NCBI GenBank assembly: GCA_964475505.1
Contig: CAYYXC010000001.1
Span: forward strand, 22,071 to 61,128
DNA from: an uncultured Chitinophaga sp.
Lineage (GTDB): Bacteria; Bacteroidota; Bacteroidia; Chitinophagales; Chitinophagaceae
Reading direction: 5' to 3'
DNA: 39,058 nt
The notes beneath the pieces were generated by a model. The model ran no database searches, was not told the origin of the DNA, and saw only the letters and a list, made by a program, of their open reading frames with translations. Shown here piece by piece: positions 1 to 8,837 of the stretch (positions are counted from its first letter, which is position 1; each line of letters opens with the position of its first letter). Made by a program: the position numbers and the translations under genes.

Positions 1-285
1 TTTGTGGACAGCTATGAAAAAAATCCTGTTTTGCTGAATTACGGCATAGATGAATTGCGCTTCACCAAACCCGTATATCCTGGCAACCGTCTTCATATCC
101 GTTTTACCTGCAAGGAAAAATTACCGAATGACAAACGGATCGTAGAAAAGCCGGAGGATTTTAAAAGGGGGGATGACATCGAGAAAGGCATCGTGAAATG
201 GCTGGTAGAAATGATCGATGAGACCAACGAGATCACCGGCGTTGCCACGATATTGACCATGGTAGCGAAAAAAAATCAATCCTAA
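1..285 (+). CDS. paaZ: C-terminal MaoC/hotdog dehydratase domain of the bifunctional phenylacetate degradation protein PaaZ (5' truncated)
   Basis: Open frame from the window edge. PVLLNYGIDELRFTKPVYPG...GIVKWLVEM...ATILTMVA matches the PaaZ C-terminus pattern (NYG..LRF..PV..G; GVV.W.VE; ILTLVA). Followed by a crotonase gene. Confidence 0.8.
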   Translation, partial: FVDSYEKNPVLLNYGIDELRFTKPVYPGNRLHIRFTCKEKLPNDKRIVEKPEDFKRGDDIEKGIVKWLVEMIDETNEITGVATILTMVAKKNQS

Positions 286-294
286 ATCGTAGAT

Positions 295-1053
295 ATGACT
301 GAAGCATACGTTCGCTCCGCACTACAAAATGGTATTCGTACCATCGAGTTCTTTCATCCACAGAGTAACTCTCTTCCGGGTAAGATCCTCAGTGAATTAG
401 CGGATACAATCCGCAATGCCGGGAATGATTCCGACACAAAAGTGATCGTACTTCAGAGTGTGGGAGAAAAAGCATTCTGCGCCGGCGCCTCTTTTGATGA
501 GCTGGTAGCGATCTCAGATGAAGCAGGGGGGCTGAATTTTTTCAGTGGATTTGCACACGTGATCAATGCAATGCGACAAACGCCTCAACCGATCATTGCA
601 CGCATCCAAGGTAAATGTGTAGGAGGCGGCGTAGGCGTAGCGGCTGCTGCTGATTATGCGATCGCTGTTGAGCAAGCTTCGATCAAGCTCAGTGAGTTAG
701 CAGTGGGAATCGGACCTTTTGTTGTTGGTCCCGTAGTAGAGCGCAAAATGGGCATTGCCGCGTATACACAACTGGCTTTTGACGCACAGTCCTGGCGTAC
801 CGCCGCCTGGGCGCGTGAAAAAGGATTATTCGCGGAGGTACACGAATCCATCGAAGGCGTTGATGCATCCATCGAACGGATCGTTAAACAACTCGCCCAA
901 TCCAATCCCGAGGCCATGAGAGATATCAAACGTGCCAGTTGGGCTGGTACGGATCATTGGGATACCCTGTTGTTTGAACGTGCTGCGATCAGTGGTCGGC
1001 TTGTGCTGAGTGCATTTACCAAGAACGCGATTGCTCAATTCAAGAAAAAATGA
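295..1053 (+). CDS. Enoyl-CoA hydratase/isomerase (crotonase) family protein
   Basis: AFCAGASFDEL, PIIARIQGKCVGGGVG and LSELAVGIGP crotonase motifs; 252 aa. Confidence 0.9.
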   Translation: MTEAYVRSALQNGIRTIEFFHPQSNSLPGKILSELADTIRNAGNDSDTKVIVLQSVGEKAFCAGASFDELVAISDEAGGLNFFSGFAHVINAMRQTPQPIIARIQGKCVGGGVGVAAAADYAIAVEQASIKLSELAVGIGPFVVGPVVERKMGIAAYTQLAFDAQSWRTAAWAREKGLFAEVHESIEGVDASIERIVKQLAQSNPEAMRDIKRASWAGTDHWDTLLFERAAISGRLVLSAFTKNAIAQFKKK

Positions 1054-1688
1054 TCCGTCGCTTCGATGCGGATAACTTCAAAAAGCTCTGCGACCAACTC
1101 GCGAAACGCGACGTTGATTTAAAGCGGATCATACAGGAACATGGGCATCCAAACATGTGGGTTCGTCCAAACAGCTTTCAAACCTTGATCCTGACCATCC
1201 TCGAGCAGCAGGTTTCCCTGGCTGCTGCATACGCTGCATTCAACCGGCTGCGCGCGAGGATCGGATTGGTCACCCCCGAAAAGCTGGCTGCACTTACTGA
1301 TGACGAGTTACGCGCCTGTTATTTTACCCGACAGAAAATTGTTTATGCGCGTGAACTGACAGAAGCCGTGCTTTCGAAACGAATAAGACTGCGTGCGCTG
1401 CATCATCAACCAGATGAGATCGTTCGTGAACAACTGATCCAATTAAAAGGGATTGGAAATTGGACTATAGACGTTTACCTCATGCATGCCCTGCGCCGAA
1501 CTGATCTCTTTCCCCTGGGAGACATCGCCCTGGTCAATAGCATGAAACGCAATAAAGGATTATCCGATAATATCAGCAAAGAGGAAATGTTACGCATCGC
1601 CGAAGACTGGCGTCCCAACCGCACCATCGCTGCCATGATCCTCTGGCATGATTATATGAATCGGAGGAAGGTTAAGGTAAAAGACTGA
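1050..1688 (+). CDS. alkA: DNA-3-methyladenine glycosylase II (AlkA/HhH-GPD family)
   Basis: ILEQQVSLAAA, HhH motif LKGIGNWT, FPLGDI (catalytic Asp) and WRPNRT. ATGA overlap with the upstream gene. Confidence 0.85.
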   Translation: MIRRFDADNFKKLCDQLAKRDVDLKRIIQEHGHPNMWVRPNSFQTLILTILEQQVSLAAAYAAFNRLRARIGLVTPEKLAALTDDELRACYFTRQKIVYARELTEAVLSKRIRLRALHHQPDEIVREQLIQLKGIGNWTIDVYLMHALRRTDLFPLGDIALVNSMKRNKGLSDNISKEEMLRIAEDWRPNRTIAAMILWHDYMNRRKVKVKD

Positions 1689-1693
1689 GGACA

Positions 1694-1735
1694 GTCCGAT
1701 GTCCGATGTCGAATGTCCAATATCGGACATTGGCC
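1694..1735. repeat. Inverted heptamer array (GTCCGAT type), empty site A
   Basis: GTCCGAT GTCCGAT GTCGAAT GTCCAAT (1694-1721) is followed directly by reverse-complement units ATCGGAC ATTGGCC (1722-1735). It lies between the convergent alkA and bglX. Confidence 0.85.
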
Positions 1736-3990
1736 TACGGCCGAAGATGAAAGGAAGCTTGATTAGTTGTCTGCGAATTCCCTCCGATAAAAACATGAAA
1801 CTTACCCGGCTCTGCGGCAAAGCGCAGATCCTCCTGGAAAAAAGCAAGGTCCTTTTCCGTAATTGTAAATACAATTTCTCTTGACTCACCCGGAATCAAC
1901 TTGATCTTCTCAAATGCTTTGAGCTCCCGAACGGGACGAACCAACGAGGCTGCTACATCCTGGATATATAATTGAACTACCTCTTCGCCGGTATACTGGC
2001 CGGTATTCTTGACAGTAACCTTTGCCTTAATCGATCCGTCAATGGCCATGGTATCCGCACTCAGTTCGATTTTATCATATGAAAATGTTGTATAACTCAA
2101 TCCATGTCCGAAGGGATAACGGGGACTATTGGGCAAGTCGGTATAGGCTGTTACATAATTGAAATCAGTATCGTTCTTGAACGGACGACCCGTGCTGAAA
2201 TAATTATAATAGATCGGGATCTGTCCTTCTGAACGGGGAAAAGTCATGGGCAGTTTTCCGGAAGGATTGTAATCCCCGAATAATACATCCGCGATCGCAT
2301 TGCCTGCTTCCGTTCCCAACCACCACGTGTATACGATCGAGGGAACATTATCGGAAATCCAATTAAACACAAGAGGTCTGCCCGCACTGATCAGCACCAC
2401 CACGGGTTTTCCGGTCGCTACTAACTCCTTTACCAATTGTTCCTGCATGCCCGGTAAGCGTATCTCACTCCTGCTCTTCGCTTCGCCACTCATATTCCCT
2501 GCCTCTCCAACACTCACCACTACGATATCAGCTTTGCGGGCTGCTATCCGCGCTGCAGCAAATCCCGATGTATCCACTCCGGTCAACTCACATCCCTTCG
2601 CATAGATCAGGTTTTTAGACGATCCCAGCTTACGCTCCATCCCCTTCCAAAGAGATACGATGCGGACCGAATCATCGGGCCAGCTATAACTCCAGAAGCC
2701 GTTGTTATCACCAATGGCTTTCACAAGCGGACCAATTAAGGCGATTTTTTTATTGGCAGATGCAACAAGTGGCAAAGCAGGCTTATTCAACTGCTTCACT
2801 GCATCATTTTTCAAAAGGACAATGCTTTTCTTGGCAATATCGCGGGCGGCGGCGAGGTGATTGGGTTCATCCCATATGGCTTTCTCCCTCGTCTCACTGG
2901 AAAATCGATACGGATCATCGAAAAGACCGAGTTCAAATTTCTTGCGAAGCACACGACGAACGGCTTCATCCACCAACGATTCGTTTATTTCTTTTCTTTT
3001 TACGAGATCGACCAATTTTCCAACATAAGCACGACTCTCCATGTCCATATCCGAGCCGGCCGTGATCGCTTTTTTTGCTGCATCCGCGGTATCAGCAGCG
3101 TACCCGTGATTGATCATCTCTCCGATACTGCCCCAATCACTTACGACCAATCCCTTGAATCTCCAATCATTCTTGAGAATATTCCGCTGCAGATATACGT
3201 GTGCAGTTGCTGGAATGCCGCTGATGTCATTGAAAGCATTCATGAAACTAGCTACGCCTGCGGCGGCGGCAGCTTTGAATGGAGGGAGATAGACCTCATG
3301 TAAGCGACGCAGACTCATGTCAGTTGTATTGTAATCCCGCCCCCCTTCTGCTGCCCCATAGGCAGCAAAATGTTTTGCGCAAGCCATCACTGCATCCAAA
3401 CTTCCCAAACCGTTGCCCTGAAATCCTTTTACTCTTGCCGCAGCGATTAGACTGCCGAGGTATGAATCCTCCCCGGCGCCTTCCATCACACGTCCCCAGC
3501 GCGGATCACGTGCAATGTCAACCATTGGCGCAAATGTCCAATGTATACCCGATCCCGCTGCTTCGATGGCAGCTATACGAGCAGCCCGCTCAATCGCGGT
3601 CAGATCCCAACTGGCCGCCTCTGCCAGGGGAACCGGAAAGATGGTACGATAGCCATGGATCACATCTTGTGCAAAAAGCAACGGTATGCGCAATCTCGAT
3701 TGCATGGCGATCTCTTGCAAGGAACGAGTGCGCGCGGCGCCTGTTACATTTAAATAGGAGCCCACTTTGCCCTGGCGCACACGATCTTGTTTCTCTCCGT
3801 CGGGAGTGATTGGTCCGGTAGCAGCAAAATCACTGCTCAACTGATTGAGCTGACCTACTTTTTCCTCAAGCGTCATCAGGGATAATACCGAATCAACACG
3901 AGCATCCATGTCGATCGTTTGCGCGGATAAAAAACCATAGGAGAGGATCAGTGACAAACTGATCGAAAATATTTTTCGCACGTATTTCAT
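1735..3990 (-). CDS. bglX: GH3 beta-glucosidase (BglX-like), signal peptide, C-terminal Fn3-like domain
   Basis: QDVIHG, RDPRWGRVMEGAGED, CAKHFAAYG, nucleophile motif VVSDW, SGEAKSRS, PSGKLPMTFP, YPFGHGLSYTTF, EVVQLYI. Confidence 0.95.
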   Translation of the reverse strand: MKYVRKIFSISLSLILSYGFLSAQTIDMDARVDSVLSLMTLEEKVGQLNQLSSDFAATGPITPDGEKQDRVRQGKVGSYLNVTGAARTRSLQEIAMQSRLRIPLLFAQDVIHGYRTIFPVPLAEAASWDLTAIERAARIAAIEAAGSGIHWTFAPMVDIARDPRWGRVMEGAGEDSYLGSLIAAARVKGFQGNGLGSLDAVMACAKHFAAYGAAEGGRDYNTTDMSLRRLHEVYLPPFKAAAAAGVASFMNAFNDISGIPATAHVYLQRNILKNDWRFKGLVVSDWGSIGEMINHGYAADTADAAKKAITAGSDMDMESRAYVGKLVDLVKRKEINESLVDEAVRRVLRKKFELGLFDDPYRFSSETREKAIWDEPNHLAAARDIAKKSIVLLKNDAVKQLNKPALPLVASANKKIALIGPLVKAIGDNNGFWSYSWPDDSVRIVSLWKGMERKLGSSKNLIYAKGCELTGVDTSGFAAARIAARKADIVVVSVGEAGNMSGEAKSRSEIRLPGMQEQLVKELVATGKPVVVLISAGRPLVFNWISDNVPSIVYTWWLGTEAGNAIADVLFGDYNPSGKLPMTFPRSEGQIPIYYNYFSTGRPFKNDTDFNYVTAYTDLPNSPRYPFGHGLSYTTFSYDKIELSADTMAIDGSIKAKVTVKNTGQYTGEEVVQLYIQDVAASLVRPVRELKAFEKIKLIPGESREIVFTITEKDLAFFQEDLRFAAEPGKFHVFIGGNSQTTNQASFHLRP

Positions 3991-4817
3991 TATTGATAGA
4001 CCCTTACATAATCGACCCGCATTTGCGTGGGGAAGATTGTATCGTCAATGCCTTTTTTACCGCCAAAATCGCCTCCTATAGCCATATTGAGCAGGAGGTG
4101 AAAAGCTTGATCGAATGGCCATTTGCGTGCATCGTCCGACTCCTTTGAAAAGGTATATGTTTTCTTTCCATCGAGATAGTAATCGATCCGTTCAGCCGAC
4201 CATTCAATGGTGTACTCATGATAATTGCTGCCATGCCCTTTCAGTGGCATTACATTGGTTCGCTGCGTACGATACATGCCATTGTACAATTCGGTGTGAA
4301 TAGTCTGATGTAAGGTGTCTTTTTGATAACCAACCGTCTCTGCAATATCAATTTCTCCGCTCTTTGGCCAACCACCATATTTATTCTCCGTGGGCAACAT
4401 CCAGATGGCAGGCCAAGTACCCCTTCCGTTCGGCATCAATGCTCTAACCACAATGCGACCATAGGTCCAGTCGCCTTTCTGCTTCGTGCTCAGCCGTGCC
4501 GATGTATATGGAGCACCTTCAAAATTTTCTTTGTGTGCCTCAATGATTAATTCTCCGTTGACCACACGCGCATTTTCTTTTCGGTTCCAGGTATAGAACT
4601 GCGGCTCATTGTTGCCCCAACCACAGAGTTGAGGGCAGCCCCTCCCCTTGTCGTAAGACCATTTTGAAGTATCAGGCAATCCAGCCCGATCAAATTCATC
4701 TGACCAGACCAATTTATTGTATCGATATTGAGCAATTGATGCGAATCCGACGAACAGGAAGAACAGCGTCAACACCAAACGACTCCTTAGCACAAAAACA
4801 GTAAACATTGTTTTCAA
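3990..4817 (-). CDS. GH16 endo-beta-1,3-glucanase (laminarinase-type), secreted
   Basis: LVWSDEF, GWGNNE, YTSARL, WPAIWML, catalytic EIDIAE (ExDxxE), VDYVRVYQ. TAATG coupling to bglX. Start is either TTG 4817 or ATG 4808. Confidence 0.92.
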   Translation of the reverse strand: MKTMFTVFVLRSRLVLTLFFLFVGFASIAQYRYNKLVWSDEFDRAGLPDTSKWSYDKGRGCPQLCGWGNNEPQFYTWNRKENARVVNGELIIEAHKENFEGAPYTSARLSTKQKGDWTYGRIVVRALMPNGRGTWPAIWMLPTENKYGGWPKSGEIDIAETVGYQKDTLHQTIHTELYNGMYRTQRTNVMPLKGHGSNYHEYTIEWSAERIDYYLDGKKTYTFSKESDDARKWPFDQAFHLLLNMAIGGDFGGKKGIDDTIFPTQMRVDYVRVYQ

Positions 4818-4841
4818 TTATATTTTTCTCCCTGCAGGAGA

Positions 4842-5858
4842 TCATTGATATACCCGTACATAATCGATCTCATACGTAGCAGAGGTAAAATTCGGATCGA
4901 TGTTGCCGCCGAACGTACCACCCATGGCCAGGTTTAGAATAATGAAGAATGGCTGATTGAAAGGAAGATTGCCATTATTGATAACTGAGTGATATAAATT
5001 TCCGTCAACAAAGAATTTGATGGATTGTGGTGACCACTCACAGGAGTATAGGTGAAATGCGGTAGTAGCATTTTGGATCAGCGTGGTGGCTGTAACAGGG
5101 CTACCACCTGAGCGACCGGGATAATGCAGGGAGCCGTGGATGCGATTGAGGTCGGATCCTTTGTGCTCCATGATATCGATCTCACCGCAAGCAGGCCAAC
5201 CAGCTGTCGGAAAATTTTCACCCAGCATCCAGAAGGCAGGCCATGTTCCAGTACCTGCGGGGAGCTTAGCAGACATCTCGATCTTGCCGTACTTGAACGT
5301 GAATTTGTTGCGTGTCAGCAATCGGGCGGAAGTATAATTGCTTCCACTGAAGGATTCTGCTTTGGCAATGATCTTCAATGTCCCGTTGGAAACGATGGCA
5401 TTGTCAAGTCGGTTGGTATAGTGTTGAGACTCGTTATTGCCCCAGCCACCGGCACCAATATCATATCCCCATTTGGAGGCGTTAGGAGCACCGGGCAAAT
5501 CAAATTCGTCTGACCATACCAGGGATTGCACCACCGTCACCGCAACGTTGATTGATTTACTCGCAGTCAATCCAGAAGCACCCTTAGCGATTACATTTAC
5601 GGAATAGCTGCCTGAAGTGGGATAACGATAGGTCAAACTACCGCTGGTTGATGATTGAAAGATCCCATTTCCAAAATCAAACTCATAGTTCACGGCATTG
5701 GCTGCGGTAGCAGCGAACTGGACATTTCCGCTGTTGTCGGTTGCCACGGTAGCTGTAACAATTAGGTTGGAGGGCGCCACCGGATTGGGGGGAGTATTTT
5801 TATCTCCGCAACCAACTCCAGCGACGGCCAACCCGATAACCAACAAAACTGTCTTCAT
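4842..5858 (-). CDS. Lipoprotein with PKD domain and GH16 beta-1,3-glucanase domain
   Basis: Lipobox GVGC; PKD-like YEFDFGNG...YRYPTSGSYSV; WPAFWML; catalytic EIDIME; IDYVRVYQ. Confidence 0.92.
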   Translation of the reverse strand: MKTVLLVIGLAVAGVGCGDKNTPPNPVAPSNLIVTATVATDNSGNVQFAATAANAVNYEFDFGNGIFQSSTSGSLTYRYPTSGSYSVNVIAKGASGLTASKSINVAVTVVQSLVWSDEFDLPGAPNASKWGYDIGAGGWGNNESQHYTNRLDNAIVSNGTLKIIAKAESFSGSNYTSARLLTRNKFTFKYGKIEMSAKLPAGTGTWPAFWMLGENFPTAGWPACGEIDIMEHKGSDLNRIHGSLHYPGRSGGSPVTATTLIQNATTAFHLYSCEWSPQSIKFFVDGNLYHSVINNGNLPFNQPFFIILNLAMGGTFGGNIDPNFTSATYEIDYVRVYQ

Positions 5859-6754
5859 TAGGGCTTTACTTTCAACTTTTGATACCAGGAATTGCCATCG
5901 ACTCCAATATTACGCAAGTGCATGGTATTCGCCGTGATTTCCAAGATCTCATACACCGTTCCGCCCGTACCAAAATTTACAATGCCATTCCCCGGTACGG
6001 TGAACTGAATACGTGTTGACTGAGCCGGTGTAGAAGTGGAAGTTGCATCCTGAAAGATCAACTGCTTGTTTCCTCCGGTGTTGATGGGGAAGCAATTATC
6101 ACCGCCACCGAATCCGTAGAAGGTGGAGGATGCTCCGATCGAGAAAGAGGCACCGAAATTATTCACGTTCATGAATACTTGGTTGAGTGCATTCTTCGAG
6201 AAAGTGATCTCATCGTCGTAGGCACAAGCCTCGCGCGTATCGGGACCAGCAGAATACCAAATCGGAGAGAAGGCATCATTCGGACCTACTCCAAAATGTC
6301 CGGGGGCACCTCGGTCGGTTACCCATACTTTGGAGCCGGTGCCTGTCAATGCACTCAAAATGGGTGCGGGTATTTGAAAAGCGACAAACACACGAATACG
6401 CTTGCTAATCGTAGAGGTACTACCACCAGTGCCTACAGCATTCACCGTAATGGTATAGTCGTTGGTGCCGGGATTGGCATATTTATAGGTAAGCGTCCCT
6501 GTTGGTACCACCCGTTTGATTCCGTCGCCAAAATCGATGTTGTATGTGAGTGCGCCGTTGGAGGTTACAACAATATTTACGTTACCTGTGCCATTCCCGT
6601 CGGGATTGGCTGCATCGGTACCTACTACGGTTGCCGTAAGTTTCAGATCAGTAGGGGCAACCAATTCTCCAAAAGAATAGGAAGGTTTTTTACAGGCGCT
6701 GAACAACAGGACCATCCCGATCAGCATCCATGATATGTTTTGAATATTACGCAT
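5858..6754 (-). CDS. PKD-domain lipoprotein, probable surface glycan-binding protein of the PUL
   Basis: Lipobox FSAC; PKD-like IDFGDG...YKYANPGTNDYTITV; GHFGVGP/WYSA segment. Lies downstream of susD with TAATG coupling. Confidence 0.75.
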   Translation of the reverse strand: MRNIQNISWMLIGMVLLFSACKKPSYSFGELVAPTDLKLTATVVGTDAANPDGNGTGNVNIVVTSNGALTYNIDFGDGIKRVVPTGTLTYKYANPGTNDYTITVNAVGTGGSTSTISKRIRVFVAFQIPAPILSALTGTGSKVWVTDRGAPGHFGVGPNDAFSPIWYSAGPDTREACAYDDEITFSKNALNQVFMNVNNFGASFSIGASSTFYGFGGGDNCFPINTGGNKQLIFQDATSTSTPAQSTRIQFTVPGNGIVNFGTGGTVYEILEITANTMHLRNIGVDGNSWYQKLKVKP

Positions 6755-6771
6755 ATGGCAGTATTTGAAGA

Positions 6772-8820
6772 TTATTGAAGACGAAGGTCATCTACAAGGA
6801 AAGTGAAGTTTGAGGAGCCATCACCCGGCGTACCTAAATCGAATATCAGAACTACTCGATCGTACGTATTTGCCGTATTGATGGCAGTGTAATCGAAAGT
6901 GACCTCAGTCCAGGCATTGGCCGTACCAATTGTCACTTCTTTCTCAAAGTTGATCCCCGGGTTGGAGGAATTCTCCACCTTCAGCAACACCTTGGCGCCC
7001 GCACGGGGTGAAAAAACTTTCATTTTAAAGGTTCTTGAAAGCGAGAAAGGAATTGGCTCGCTAAGTGTCAGAAAGCTTCCGCCCCAGGGCTGCCCAGGAT
7101 TCTTCACCATACGAGCCACCTTGGCACTGGTATTAATGCCTCCGGTTTGCGGATTATTAACCACCGTCATATTGCCGCCATCGAAATCAAACCACCCGTA
7201 TGTAACAGGGTATTCAAAATTCAAGGGAATAGAAACCGGGTAAGTATTTGTCAAGCGGATATCGTCGAATAGGAAGGTGAAGTTCGAAGAACCATCTCCG
7301 GGTGTGCCCAGGTCAAAAATCAGCACGATTCGGTCATACGAATTGGCCGCATTGATGCCACTGTAGTCGAATACCAGATCCTCCCAATTATTGGCCATAG
7401 AAACAATCGCCTCCTTTTCAAAATTCTGGTTCGGATTGGCAGAATTTTCAACCTTCAATAACACCTTGGCGCCCGCACGGGGAGAGTAGACCTTCATGCG
7501 GAAAACCTTATTGGTAGAAAAATTCATGGGACTTGTCAGGGTTAAGAAACTTCCACCCCAAGGCTGACCGGGATTCTTCACCATCCGAGCCACACGAGCA
7601 CTTGTATTGATACCACCAGACTGAGGGTTGTTGATCACAGTCACTTGCCCTCCGTCAAAATCAAACCAACCAAAAGTGGTAGTGGTAGATTCAAATATCA
7701 GTGGCAGACTGAGTGGGGGTGGCGGCAGACTATTGACCAATTCAAAATCGTCCATCAAGAAAGTAAAATTGGCAGATCCATCGCCAGGTGTACCCAACTC
7801 CCAGATCACCACGATCTTGTGAAAAGACTCTGCTGTATTGATCGAGGAGTAATCAAAATACAAATACTCCCATGCATTGGCTACCGTAGTAGTTGCCTCT
7901 TTCTCAAAATTGATCCCCGGGTTTGAGGCGTTCTCGACCTTCAGCAACATCTTCGCCCCAACGCGTGGAGAGAAAACTTTCACACGGAAGATCTTATTAG
8001 TACTGAAATCAATGCTGCTGCTTAATGTAAGCAAACTACCACCCCAGGGCTGGCCCGGGCTCTTTACCATCCGGGCGACTTTCGTACTCGTGTTGATGCC
8101 TCCGGGATTTGGGTTATTGATAATGGTAGTAGTTCCTCCATCGAAATTTATCCATCCATAGTTGATGGTGGAAGACTGGAACGTGAGTGGCAGCAGGATT
8201 GGATCCACAATGGTGACGGGAACCGTGCGCTCAGTAGTAGCTGCTCCCCCGCTCAGCGCAACGACACGTACATTGTATGTGCCGGTAGCAGCATAGGTGC
8301 GGGATACGGTTTGCCCTTCCAGGAAACTCACGGGCACTTCATTGGGCACATCTCCAAAAAACACGCGGAAATTCGTTTCATACAAAGCCGATGCCGAAAC
8401 ATTCACTTTGTAATTATTGGCTGGGTCAATGGTGACATTCACCTGCAAATTTTCCGGTGCGCGGAAAGTTACCGTCAACCGCTGCGTAAACTCTTTTGTC
8501 TTACCATTCACCGCGTAAGCAACTATGCGGACATTGTAAATACCCTCCGGATAAACATGCGTAGTGTTTTTACCCGCTGCGATGTTGACCGGAGTGGCTG
8601 GTCCGTGACCATAATACACATCGTAAGAAACAGCACCCACCCCATTAGGAGTGATGGTAACCAAGCCGGTATTGTCTTGAGTGATCTCAAACAATACGGA
8701 GAGCGAATCAGGTGCGTTGCCAGCTTCCACGAATGAGGTATCCTCGTATCGCTCTTTTTTACATCCTACAGTAGCGATTGCTACCAGAAGGAAAAGGGTT
8801 AAATATTTGATATAGCGCAT
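6772..8820 (-). CDS. Multidomain lipoprotein: two PKD-like domains plus three tandem ~155-aa CBM-like repeats (probable surface glycan-binding protein)
   Basis: Lipobox TVGC. Repeats begin at aa 210, 372 and 531, each containing FDGG...NP..GGINTS..VARMVK.PGQPWGGS.LTL...KVFSPR.GAK.LLKVEN...GTPGDGS.NFTFL.DD. Confidence 0.8.
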   Translation of the reverse strand: MRYIKYLTLFLLVAIATVGCKKERYEDTSFVEAGNAPDSLSVLFEITQDNTGLVTITPNGVGAVSYDVYYGHGPATPVNIAAGKNTTHVYPEGIYNVRIVAYAVNGKTKEFTQRLTVTFRAPENLQVNVTIDPANNYKVNVSASALYETNFRVFFGDVPNEVPVSFLEGQTVSRTYAATGTYNVRVVALSGGAATTERTVPVTIVDPILLPLTFQSSTINYGWINFDGGTTTIINNPNPGGINTSTKVARMVKSPGQPWGGSLLTLSSSIDFSTNKIFRVKVFSPRVGAKMLLKVENASNPGINFEKEATTTVANAWEYLYFDYSSINTAESFHKIVVIWELGTPGDGSANFTFLMDDFELVNSLPPPPLSLPLIFESTTTTFGWFDFDGGQVTVINNPQSGGINTSARVARMVKNPGQPWGGSFLTLTSPMNFSTNKVFRMKVYSPRAGAKVLLKVENSANPNQNFEKEAIVSMANNWEDLVFDYSGINAANSYDRIVLIFDLGTPGDGSSNFTFLFDDIRLTNTYPVSIPLNFEYPVTYGWFDFDGGNMTVVNNPQTGGINTSAKVARMVKNPGQPWGGSFLTLSEPIPFSLSRTFKMKVFSPRAGAKVLLKVENSSNPGINFEKEVTIGTANAWTEVTFDYTAINTANTYDRVVLIFDLGTPGDGSSNFTFLVDDLRLQ

Positions 8821-8837
8821 AATGTTGGTTTTAATGA

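Noticed and set aside
1590-1889. ORFs 1699..1884 (+) and 1590..1889 (-)
   Set aside because: They overlap bglX or alkA, and their low-complexity MSDVECPISDIG/MSDIGHSTSDIG segments are just translations of the heptamer array.
6775-8193. DNA repeats in the lipoprotein as a shufflon or DGR variable region
   Set aside because: They are direct, in-frame domain duplications with largely synonymous or conservative differences, and no recombinase or RT is nearby.
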